Shown: positions 39,660-48,666 of the stretch, in pieces | How the letters are laid out: each line of letters starts with the position of its first letter | Position numbering within the stretch: the stretch's first letter is position 1 | Assembly (NCBI GenBank): GCA_965220385.1 | Contig: OZ244825.1 | Span: 42,429-106,428 of the forward strand | From: Candidatus Poribacteria bacterium | GTDB taxonomy: Bacteria; Poribacteria; WGA-4E; PCPOR2b | DNA: 64,000 nucleotides | Reading direction: 5' to 3' | The notes under the pieces: model-generated | Database searches by the model: none | Seen by the model: the letters and a program-made list of their open reading frames with translations, nothing else | Told to the model about the DNA's origin: nothing | Program-made: the position numbers and the translations under genes

Positions 39660-39866
39660 AACCTAAGTTGCTAGTTATGGAAGATGTTGTAAAACGGGAG
39701 AATGGGAACTGAATAAAGCCCATTACCTGCTCGCGGTGGATTGACAAATCCACTGCACACGTACAAAGATGGCTCCGTTCCGCCTGTCCCGATCTTATCG
39801 GGGAGAGTCCGAGACTTGGATATGGCTATCCAAGCCGAGCGGGTTGGCCGACTAGCAACTTGCGTT
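39660..39866. mobile_element. MITE copy 2 (207 bp) carrying a nested 42-bp insertion
   Basis: Same TIRs and body as 11622-11786, plus an insert at 39775-39816; lies between convergent genes. Confidence 0.85.
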
Positions 39867-39874
39867 CTTATAGG

Positions 39875-41035
39875 CTAATTTTTGAATGCAGGCATGACCT
39901 CTTTGGCGAACCGGTCTAACTGCTCCAAAATCACATGCTCTGGTGTGCCCACCGCGTTGTTGACGGTAACCTGATTAAGCCCAGGGTAGCGTTCCTGAAC
40001 ATCCATCAGTTTTTCAATAATTAGCTCCGGTGGCCCGCACAACCACGCACCCGCTTCCACGGCATCTTGGAGCGTTGGTAAGTTGGCGGTGCGTGCTTTT
40101 TGCGGATCTGCGGTCGCCGCAATCTGCTCGTCCGTCAGACCGCGCACAAACCCCAAGGGTGCGAACATTTTCATGTGTTCTTCGAAGTAGCCATTTGCCT
40201 CCTCGATCGCCTGTGCTTCCGTGTCCGCAATATGGTAGGAGAAGCCGATAATAAGGTCACCACCAAGTTCCATTTCCCTGCCGTGGTTGGCTTGTACCTG
40301 CTGCCAAGCGCGTATCACTTTCTCTGCAGCACCACCGGCCGCGGCACCACCGCCGATCATACCCTTGATGCCGTGCTTCGCCATAAGGTTCAGCCCACGC
40401 TCACTTGCACTGACAATAGGCTGCCAACACTCAACAGGTAGGTTGAGTGGACGCGGCACTAAAGTAACCTCCTCCAATTCATAACCACGATACGGAACTT
40501 TGGGCGGGATGTCATAATACTTGCCGTGATGGGAGAAGGAGGACTCATTGAACGACTTGAAGATGATCTCAATCTGTTCCTCGAACATCTCGCGATTGGC
40601 GTCTCCATCAAGCAGAGGCGCACCAAAGACCTCGACTTCGCGCGTATGATAGCCTCGGCCCACGCCAAAGACGATCCGTCCGCCTGTGAGGAGATCCGCG
40701 GTTGCGTAATCCTCTGCCAACCGCAGCGGGTGCCACATCGGTGTAACGTTGAAAGCACAGCCGATCTTGAGGGTCTGTGTTAGATGTGCGAGATGAACAC
40801 CGAGCATCAGGATGTTGGGTATGCACTCGTATCCCTCACGCTGAAAGTGGTGTTCAGCCAGCCAGAGGGTCTCGTAGCCGGCGCTATCCATCAGTTGAGC
40901 AATGGCTTGGGTCTTATCGAATACGGTTGCTATATGTTCGTCGGAGAGCCAGCGCTCGTTCACAGGGGGACCGTCAAGTCCTACATCGTCCAGATCAACA
41001 TGTCCTGCGAATAGTGAACCAAATTTCGTAATCAT
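39875..41035 (-). CDS. Luciferase-like monooxygenase (LLM class flavin-dependent oxidoreductase)
   Basis: WLAEHHF, WHPLRLAEDYATADLLTGGRIVFGVGRGY, FAKEVMP. Confidence 0.92.
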   Translation of the reverse strand: MITKFGSLFAGHVDLDDVGLDGPPVNERWLSDEHIATVFDKTQAIAQLMDSAGYETLWLAEHHFQREGYECIPNILMLGVHLAHLTQTLKIGCAFNVTPMWHPLRLAEDYATADLLTGGRIVFGVGRGYHTREVEVFGAPLLDGDANREMFEEQIEIIFKSFNESSFSHHGKYYDIPPKVPYRGYELEEVTLVPRPLNLPVECWQPIVSASERGLNLMAKHGIKGMIGGGAAAGGAAEKVIRAWQQVQANHGREMELGGDLIIGFSYHIADTEAQAIEEANGYFEEHMKMFAPLGFVRGLTDEQIAATADPQKARTANLPTLQDAVEAGAWLCGPPELIIEKLMDVQERYPGLNQVTVNNAVGTPEHVILEQLDRFAKEVMPAFKN

Positions 41036-41174
41036 CTTTTCTCGTCCGGCTGATCTTGCCCAAACACTGGTTAATCGCCTCTGGGATCTGATATCTACCA
41101 ACAGAAATGCGTTTGTTCCTTGCGAAAGTTTAGAACTTCCGCAAGGTCAACTCCAGGTAAAGCCTACGACACCT

Positions 41175-42221
41175 CTATACTTCTGGTGCAGAAACGCCAT
41201 GGGACGCAGCTGCTTCGACCAATCGATCCCACGTCTTATCTTCGATTGGAATACCGTCTCTCATCCGTTGTTCACGGCTCTGTTCCTCAAACTCGCCGGG
41301 AGCGAATACCTCATCAACGCCGGGTAGTTTTTCAGAGGACTTGATCCATTCTGTAAGATGCTCGATCTCTTCTTGATACACATCAAGATCGATGAAATCC
41401 TGAATTTTGATAGCGATCATCACAATTCCACTTGCACCGCGGGTGGGTTCCTGACGGCTACAGCCCGCCCACGAAAGCCCGCCGGCGATAGCGTCAATCA
41501 TAAACCCTAAGCCGAAACCCTTGTGTCCGAACTGAAAGCCGCCTACCGGCATCACCGCTGTATCGTCATGGCGATCTATGAAAGCGTTCGGATCAGTGAC
41601 CGTCTTGCCTTCCGAATCGATCATCCATCCTTCCGGCATCTCTTCGTCGCGAGCGCGTTTGACTAATATCTTCCCGCCTGCAACAACGCTCAGTGTCATG
41701 TCGAGCATCAACGGTTCCCCATGTTTGCGTGGGACTGCGATTGCAATCGGGTTGGGTGGAAGCCTTCGGGATGTACCGCCAAAGGGGTGCATAAACCGTC
41801 CTCCACCATTCAGGAAGACAAGCCCGATCATACCCTCTTTTGCGGCAATTGTGGGATAAGTTCCCATCCGTCCAGCGTGGCCACAACGGTGGAGTCCAAC
41901 CCCGCCAAATGTGTGGTTTTTCGCTTTTTGGACTGCCATCTCCATCGCCTTCTGAGCGATCACCATGCCGAGTCCGCCGTTAGCGTTTATCACTGCCGTT
42001 GCAGGCGTCTCGCGGACAATTTCCATCTTATCCGTCGATGCACCGCCGCTCATACCGCCTGCGTAGTTGGGTGCGTTAATCACGCCGTGCGAATCGTGCC
42101 CCATCAAATTGGAATCTACTACATGATTGCTGACTATACGGGCATCTTCCTCGACACCGCCGGCGCCGATATACATATCATAAACAAATTTCCTTAAAAC
42201 CTCATGATTAACTGTAGGCAT
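41175..42221 (-). CDS. Ldh_2 family (malate/L-lactate/sulfolactate-type) oxidoreductase
   Basis: GHDSHG, HAGRMG, PNPIAIAVP, GHKGFGL, PGEFE. Confidence 0.9.
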   Translation of the reverse strand: MPTVNHEVLRKFVYDMYIGAGGVEEDARIVSNHVVDSNLMGHDSHGVINAPNYAGGMSGGASTDKMEIVRETPATAVINANGGLGMVIAQKAMEMAVQKAKNHTFGGVGLHRCGHAGRMGTYPTIAAKEGMIGLVFLNGGGRFMHPFGGTSRRLPPNPIAIAVPRKHGEPLMLDMTLSVVAGGKILVKRARDEEMPEGWMIDSEGKTVTDPNAFIDRHDDTAVMPVGGFQFGHKGFGLGFMIDAIAGGLSWAGCSRQEPTRGASGIVMIAIKIQDFIDLDVYQEEIEHLTEWIKSSEKLPGVDEVFAPGEFEEQSREQRMRDGIPIEDKTWDRLVEAAASHGVSAPEV

Positions 42222-42376
42222 AAAAGCCCTCCCTATTCATACTTTTTATGATTTTCCCAGTAATCGCAACTGTCTCGTCATTATAGCACTGCACCATGGC
42301 AAACTCAAGGACATTATCCTGTTGATCGAGGGTAATTCATCGAGGCATATACACAATTTAGGCAAATCCTCTCTCT

Positions 42377-43456
42377 CTATTGGAACCTCGGTTGCCTCGG
42401 TGCACGATCTCTCTCTAACCGCAGTTTGGAACCCTTTAATGGTAACTGAACCCTTGCCCCATTCTGCAAGTGGGACTCCATAAACGCAAAGATCAGTTCT
42501 GTGCTGGCATGTGCCACGCGGACACCGCATCGTGACGGTTCACCGGTATCGAGTGAATGAACCAAATCTTTGATGAGGTTCGCCGTGCTGCTACTGCGCT
42601 CAAATTCCGGGAAAGTCTCCGGTACAAGGCAACCTCGCCAGCCCGGAACATCAGCTTGCCGTCGGATATGCCACTGCCAACCGTTATTCCAGCACGTCAC
42701 CGTTCCACTATCACAAATTGCCTCCCACTCGCTGCCGCGCGGAGAAAGCAGCGCATGCGCCGTGACACCATTTTCAAATTGAATCATGCCCTGACCGTTC
42801 GGATCTTCCCGAACGATGTCACCATCGAAGATACTGTCGTCGTTGGTGATATGTGCGGATGCCCACAGGGCACGGCGGTCACTGTTTAGACGTAGGATTA
42901 GATCGAACTGATGACTCGAACCGTTAAAGAGCGAATGGTTGCCGTAGATGATTAGCGTTTTGAGTGCTCCCAGTTCACCACTATCGATAACCTCCTTCAT
43001 CTTGTCGAAGCCGCTATGCCAGCGACGATTCGTTCCCAAGTTGAAGAAAGCGTCGTTACGCTCCACCGCTTCCACCATGGCGTCCGCCTCGTCCATAGAA
43101 GCCGCCATCGCCTTTTCTGCGTAAATTGCCTTGACCCCGTGTTCTACAGCGTGGATGACCACTTCGGCGCGGTGCTCCGGCTGGGTTGCGACACTCACGA
43201 TATCTAAGTTCTCTTTGTCAATAAGTTCTTGATAGTCAGTGTATTGTTGCTCTTTTGGCACATCGTACCTTTCTCCGAAAACCTCCATTACATCTGGGCG
43301 CAGATCCGAGCAAGCGACAAGGTCTACCCGTTCTTCCTCATAAAAGCCCGCTGCGTGTGAGTATGGCAACCGAATCGCCTGATAATCCGGAACTTCATTG
43401 TCAATAAATGCGCCCATTCGGCTACAACCGATCACAGCAGCACGATAAGTTTTCAT
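42377..43456 (-). CDS. Gfo/Idh/MocA family oxidoreductase
   Basis: AAVIGC, DIVSVAT, AEKAMA, NRRW. Confidence 0.88.
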   Translation of the reverse strand: MKTYRAAVIGCSRMGAFIDNEVPDYQAIRLPYSHAAGFYEEERVDLVACSDLRPDVMEVFGERYDVPKEQQYTDYQELIDKENLDIVSVATQPEHRAEVVIHAVEHGVKAIYAEKAMAASMDEADAMVEAVERNDAFFNLGTNRRWHSGFDKMKEVIDSGELGALKTLIIYGNHSLFNGSSHQFDLILRLNSDRRALWASAHITNDDSIFDGDIVREDPNGQGMIQFENGVTAHALLSPRGSEWEAICDSGTVTCWNNGWQWHIRRQADVPGWRGCLVPETFPEFERSSSTANLIKDLVHSLDTGEPSRCGVRVAHASTELIFAFMESHLQNGARVQLPLKGSKLRLERDRAPRQPRFQ

Positions 43457-43523
43457 TTTTTCCCTCCATTGTTAAGATGCAAAACCTATTCTCTCGCGAC
43501 GGATCTCATCAAAGTGTGGCGGT

Positions 43524-44972
43524 TCACTCAATCCCATACTCCTTCCACCGCTTTTCTACCAGATCGATGATTTCCTGAGACATCGTAATCTCATCGGGCC
43601 ATTCACGCTGATAGCCCTCTTCGCTCCATTTGGTCGTGGCATCAATCCCCATCTTTGACCCCGCTCCCATTAACGGTGCAGCGTGATCAAGTACATCGAC
43701 GGGTCCCTCAACGATTGTTACGTCTCGCTTGGGGTCAACATTGCTGCCAACGCGGAAAAGCACTTCATCGACATTTTGTACATCAACATCTTTGTCGACA
43801 ACGATGATAATCTTGCTAAACATCAGTTGGCCAAGCCCCCATAGGCTGTGCATAATCTTCTTTGCATGGTAGGGGTAGCGTTTGTCGATAGAGATCAGAG
43901 CAAAGTTGTGGAATACGCCGAAAAGCGGCAGGTTCATATCGACCAATTCCGGCAGCTGTGTCTTAATCAATGGCATGAAGATTCGCTCTGTTGCCTTACC
44001 CATGTAGCAGTCCTCCATCGGCGGTTTGCCGACAATAATTGTCTGATAGATGGGACGTTTACGGTGTGTGATAGCGGTGATGTGAAAGACAGGATATTCG
44101 TCTGCAAGGGAGTAGTAGCCGGTGTGATCGCCGAAGGGACCCTCAATACAGATCTCGTCCGGTTCGATGTATCCCTCAATCACGATGTCGGCATCTGCGG
44201 GGACCGACATATCGATTGTTTTACACGGGACCATCGGTACATTGTCTTTACGAAGAAACCCTGCAAACAGGAGTTCATCAATACCACTTGGAAGCGGCGC
44301 AGTCCCGATATAGGACATAACCGGATCGCCACCGATAGCGACAGCAACCGGCATCCGTTCTCCCGCCTCGCGGTATTCGCGGTGATGTCCGGCACCATCA
44401 TGGTGAATCTGCCAGTGCATTGCCAACGTGCGTTCATCCAGTTTTTGTAGCCGGTACGTGCCAACATTGCGTTGACCGGTTTTCAGGCTATGCGTGAAAA
44501 CCTGCGGCAGGGTAATATATCTGTCCGCATCGAGGGGCCAACATTTGATGAGCGGGATGCGATCTAATGAAATATCTTCGTCAGTCCAAACTACCTCCTG
44601 ACATGCACCGCGTTTGACCGTTTTCGGGGGAAATTTCGTGAGTTTGCTCAGAATGCCGAGGAGTTTCACCTTGTCGAGCAGCGATTCTGGCGGACCGAGT
44701 TGAATCATACCTTCAATTTCATCGGCGATTTCGTTCATGTTTTCAACGCCGAGTGCCATCGCCATCCGCTTATAGGAACCAAACGCGTTGATCAGCAGCG
44801 GCATGTCGCTGCCCTCGACTTTTTCGAACAGTAGTGCCGGGCCTTCGGCTTTACTCACCCGATCGGTGATCTGTGTAATCTCAAGATCTGGTGAGACTTC
44901 GGCTTTGATTCGCTTTAGTTCGCCCGCTTTGTCTAACGCCTTTACAAAATCTGTCAGACTGGAATATGCCAT
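43524..44972 (-). CDS. UbiD family prFMN-dependent decarboxylase (menaquinone biosynthesis decarboxylase type)
   Basis: NVGTYRLQ, MHWQIHH, EGPFGDHTGYY, GKPPMED, GSKMGIDAT. Confidence 0.92.
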   Translation of the reverse strand: MAYSSLTDFVKALDKAGELKRIKAEVSPDLEITQITDRVSKAEGPALLFEKVEGSDMPLLINAFGSYKRMAMALGVENMNEIADEIEGMIQLGPPESLLDKVKLLGILSKLTKFPPKTVKRGACQEVVWTDEDISLDRIPLIKCWPLDADRYITLPQVFTHSLKTGQRNVGTYRLQKLDERTLAMHWQIHHDGAGHHREYREAGERMPVAVAIGGDPVMSYIGTAPLPSGIDELLFAGFLRKDNVPMVPCKTIDMSVPADADIVIEGYIEPDEICIEGPFGDHTGYYSLADEYPVFHITAITHRKRPIYQTIIVGKPPMEDCYMGKATERIFMPLIKTQLPELVDMNLPLFGVFHNFALISIDKRYPYHAKKIMHSLWGLGQLMFSKIIIVVDKDVDVQNVDEVLFRVGSNVDPKRDVTIVEGPVDVLDHAAPLMGAGSKMGIDATTKWSEEGYQREWPDEITMSQEIIDLVEKRWKEYGIE

Positions 44973-45056
44973 TTTTCACCTTGCGTAATGAACGTTGGGG
45001 TGGGAAGGTTTTTCCTATTTTTCCCAGCTGATTTCGGGATGTATGGATGAAGATCG

Positions 45057-46205
45057 TTATCTCTTGCGACCTTGACGATATACCCGCCCGCCTTTTACAA
45101 CGGTAACCGGTACAAAGTTATGTCTGCCGATACGGGTTTCACCACGTGAATCCGCCAATTGGAATTCGCCTTCTCGCAATTCGGAGATGACCGCGTCTCC
45201 CCAAGCGCCGGGTGCCAATGTGCCGATTCTGTCGGACATCAGGATTACCTCTGCCGGAACCGAGGTAACTTTTGCGATGGCATCGTCAAGCGGCATACCG
45301 AGATTGAGGAATTTCGTCACAACATTCGCCAAGTCATAGACGGGTCCGTTAACGTTGTAAATGTGCAGATCTGATGAGATCGTTTGTGGCGCAACACCTT
45401 GATTCATCGCGGTTTCAACGGTATCCCACGAGAACGACCCCGCACCATGCCCCACATCAAAGACAACGCCACGTTCCATTGCCTCATGCACCGACTTACG
45501 CACCTTCCCGTCGTCGTCCAAGATACCACATTTACTCCCGTGAAAGCAGTGAGTCAGGATATCCCGCTCACCCATAACTGCCAAGATATCATCTATCGAA
45601 TCACACCAAGCATCTTGTGGGTGTACCATGATGGGCAGACCAGCTGCATCCGCCGCTTCACGTGCATGATGCAGCGGAATCATCCCCGATCGTTCACTAA
45701 CGATACTGTGCTTTGTTAATCGTACCTTCACTCCCAGAATAATATCACAATGTTTTTCAATCATTGCACAAGCTTTATCCACATCGGCATACTCAGGAAT
45801 CTCGAACTCACCAATTTCTTGGGTCAGCATCCCTTGAGACGATATGTTGATTTGCGCCAAGATGCGCGTTTCGCTCACATCGATCACATACTTCCGAAAT
45901 CCGGGAAAAATATCGGCACCTGCTGAACCCGCATCAACAACCGTCGTTGCTCCTTTTGCCAAGCAGGTCGGGTCTGGTTCTATACCAAAATGACTGACCC
46001 CATAGAACACATGAACGTGCAAATCAATCATGCCCGGTGTTACGAGGCAGCCACTAGCATCCAATACCTCAAGTGCGTCCGTCTTTGAGAGGTCGTCCCC
46101 AACCTCGGTAACAACGCCATTTGAAAAGGCGACATCTTTATTTGCGTGAATATTCTGTGCAGGATCAATCAGTGTCCCGCCTTTGATTAGCAGATCGTGA
46201 GCCAT
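45057..46205 (-). CDS. Amidohydrolase (dihydroorotase-like/deacetylase family)
   Basis: PGMIDLHVH, DAGSAG, GVKVR, LTHCFH, FDVGHG, ISSDLH. Confidence 0.9.
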   Translation of the reverse strand: MAHDLLIKGGTLIDPAQNIHANKDVAFSNGVVTEVGDDLSKTDALEVLDASGCLVTPGMIDLHVHVFYGVSHFGIEPDPTCLAKGATTVVDAGSAGADIFPGFRKYVIDVSETRILAQINISSQGMLTQEIGEFEIPEYADVDKACAMIEKHCDIILGVKVRLTKHSIVSERSGMIPLHHAREAADAAGLPIMVHPQDAWCDSIDDILAVMGERDILTHCFHGSKCGILDDDGKVRKSVHEAMERGVVFDVGHGAGSFSWDTVETAMNQGVAPQTISSDLHIYNVNGPVYDLANVVTKFLNLGMPLDDAIAKVTSVPAEVILMSDRIGTLAPGAWGDAVISELREGEFQLADSRGETRIGRHNFVPVTVVKGGRVYRQGRKR

Positions 46206-46250
46206 ATTGTAACCTCCGAACTATTTTCAGTCGTTTAGTATCACGTTAGG

Positions 46251-47390
46251 TTAATCCATAAAAAGATGGATCCCCCGTGCTCTTAGTACATGAATATGAT
46301 ATTTGATAGAGTCTTCGTTCAAGGGGTTGGAGGCCAAGGAAACAATATCACCTTGTCCAAGCCCCGGGTTATTGACCAAAGGAAGAATATCGTGAATTTG
46401 ATTTCCACTCAGGTGGAGTTCATATAAACCTACCAGTTTTGTGAGTGGGCTTACATTGTTAATCCGATTTTTTGCGATATAAAACCATTTCAGATTTTTT
46501 AGTCCAGCGAGAGGGGTTATATCGTGGATTTGGTTTTCCGTTAGCTCAAGCCGTTCGAGGTTTGCCAATTCTGCAAGTGGACGAATGTCGTCGATCTGAT
46601 TTTTATTCAGATTAAGCCGAAACAGCTTTTTCAGTCCGGCAAGCGGACTCACATCGCGAATTTGATTTCCTTCTAGGTACAGTCTCTCTAAAATTTCTAA
46701 CTTTACAATGGGACTTATGTCGCGGATCTGATTCTCATCCAGATAAAGCCATTTGAGGTTTTCTAACCCTCCTAATGGCCGAATATCGCGAATCTGATTC
46801 TTCGGTAGATCCAGACTCTGCAAGTTGGTCAACCTTGCCAGCGGACGTATATCGCGAATCTGGTTATTATTCAGATAAAGTCGTTCCAGATTTATCAATC
46901 CAGCGAGCGCCTGAATATCACGGAGTTGGTTATTGTTCAAGTCGAGTCGTTCCAGACTTACCAATCCAGCAAGCGCCTGAATATTACGAATCTGATTATT
47001 GTTCAAGTCGAGCCATCGCAGGTTCTTTAGCTTTGCGAGTGGACTAATATCACTGACTTGATTGTTGCCAAGATCAAGCCACTGCAGGTTCGTTAACTTT
47101 GTGACTGGGCGAATATCTGTGACCTTTATGCCAATCAGGCTAAGATGCACCAGATCTTTACAATGCTCCAATCCAGACAGATTGGTGATTTCTGTGTGTA
47201 TCGCTGAGAGATGTGTAAGTGTCGCTAAGTCGGTATCAGTAAGTGGATCGGAAGGAATACCTAACTTGGTTCGAAGCACATCTTCCAGGTTTGCATCGGG
47301 GATATTCACTGCTACACTGACTGCACTGGGACTCAAAGCCGCTTGTGAGCCAAATATAAAAATCAATAAGAATACACGGAATACAGACAT
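46251..47390 (-). CDS. Secreted internalin-like LRR protein
   Basis: Signal peptide, IPDANL cap, about 13 22-aa LRRs (LxxLxLxxNQIRDIxPLAxL), LVNNPGLGQGD C-cap. Confidence 0.88.
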   Translation of the reverse strand: MSVFRVFLLIFIFGSQAALSPSAVSVAVNIPDANLEDVLRTKLGIPSDPLTDTDLATLTHLSAIHTEITNLSGLEHCKDLVHLSLIGIKVTDIRPVTKLTNLQWLDLGNNQVSDISPLAKLKNLRWLDLNNNQIRNIQALAGLVSLERLDLNNNQLRDIQALAGLINLERLYLNNNQIRDIRPLARLTNLQSLDLPKNQIRDIRPLGGLENLKWLYLDENQIRDISPIVKLEILERLYLEGNQIRDVSPLAGLKKLFRLNLNKNQIDDIRPLAELANLERLELTENQIHDITPLAGLKNLKWFYIAKNRINNVSPLTKLVGLYELHLSGNQIHDILPLVNNPGLGQGDIVSLASNPLNEDSIKYHIHVLRARGIHLFMD

Positions 47391-47459
47391 TTCATCTGGA
47401 TTATTTCGGAAGTAGAAACGATATGCAACCACAAGCAACATGTTAAGCAGATAAGATAT

Positions 47460-47691
47460 TATACCCCAACTCAGGTTTGAAAACAAACCTTTGGATTTAG
47501 ACGTGGGGTCATTTAATTTTACTGTAGGAGGGATCTCCGAATCTCCCGATTCTCGGGATTCTCGCCTGTCCCGATGTATCGGGGGAACGGAACCGACATC
47601 TCACTGTAGGCGTGATCTCCCGGTTGCGCCTTTTCAAACAAAATGGGTAATAAGCCGAAAACTGAATAACCCTAATTTAGACGTGGGGTAT
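47460..47691. repeat. Composite REP/MITE-like repeat cluster
   Basis: ATACCCCA...TGGGGTAT inverted ends; 15-bp direct repeat ATTTAGACGTGGGGT at 47495 and 47675; two CTGTAGG-led hairpins; nested CTGTCCCGATGTATCGGG. Confidence 0.6.
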
Positions 47692-48018
47692 TGGTTAGAT
47701 GAGAAATCATAATTGACCATTTTTCCGTTGCAAGGTTATGTGATGTGTGCTATAATGGGCAAAGCATCGGTTTTTCAAAACACAGTTGCTTGAATTGTCT
47801 TGATATAAACACTACCGCATTCCCAGGATTGAATTAATGAATTACACTACAATTTGTCCTGTTCTATAGACGGTGAGGGTAGGATCGTTCATTCCTGTCC
47901 TCTGAGTTATGGAGGGCCTGTATTACCTCCTTTGAATTTCTGGTCTTAAGGTTAGCGGATGCCGTTAACCACTCCCCATTTTTACTTGTGGGGATACGCT
48001 CAAAGGAAGGGAACAAGA

Positions 48019-48666
48019 ATGAACTTGCGGGATATTTCTCTGGGACGCCATGCACCCTCAATTATCAATGTTGTTATTGAGGCACCAAAGGGGAGTAGGA
48101 AGAAGTATAGATACCACGCAAAAAGCCGAAAATTTCGATTAGCATACGAATTTAGCATGCCAGTACCAACAGAATACGGTTGGATTCCACAAACAGTTGC
48201 TGAAGATGGGCACTTCTTGAATGCAATGGTAATTGCTACTAACGCGAGCCACCCCGGCTACATCTGCGAAGCGCGACCCATCGGTGTACTAAAACGTAAA
48301 GACAGAGACCATCACGTGATCTGTGTGATGTTGGGCGATGAACGTTACACTTCGGTCAAGGACATTTCTGATTTAGATGTTAACTTACTAAAAAAAATCG
48401 TCCAGTTTTTTGAACCCTATTTTGAACTATCCGGTTGGTTAAATAATGCCGAGACAGTCGAAGTAATCAAAAAAGCACACGAAGTATACATGGCGGACCC
48501 GAAGTCCCGAAACCCCGAAGCGGAAACAGACAGCGATTCTGGAGACGCAGAAGAAACCGAAGGCTTCGACACAGACTTTGAGGAAACGAACGTGCCAGAA
48601 GAGGACACTGAACAGGCAGACCGTGACGACCAAGGAGAGGCGGGAGATGCCAATTCCGACAATTGA
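48019..48666 (+). CDS. Family I inorganic pyrophosphatase homologue with degenerate active site and acidic tail
   Basis: VVIEAPKGSRKKY, YGWIPQT, ARPIGVL, VKDISDL, FFEPY align with Ppa, but DGDPxD reads DGHFLN; Asp/Glu-rich C-terminal ~50 aa. Confidence 0.75.
   Translation: MNLRDISLGRHAPSIINVVIEAPKGSRKKYRYHAKSRKFRLAYEFSMPVPTEYGWIPQTVAEDGHFLNAMVIATNASHPGYICEARPIGVLKRKDRDHHVICVMLGDERYTSVKDISDLDVNLLKKIVQFFEPYFELSGWLNNAETVEVIKKAHEVYMADPKSRNPEAETDSDSGDAEETEGFDTDFEETNVPEEDTEQADRDDQGEAGDANSDN

Noticed and set aside
47760-48010. SAM or fluoride riboswitch upstream of the ppa-like/mtnA operon
   Set aside because: No SAM-I core (ATC.AGAG...GCAACC...GTGC) or crcB consensus recognisable
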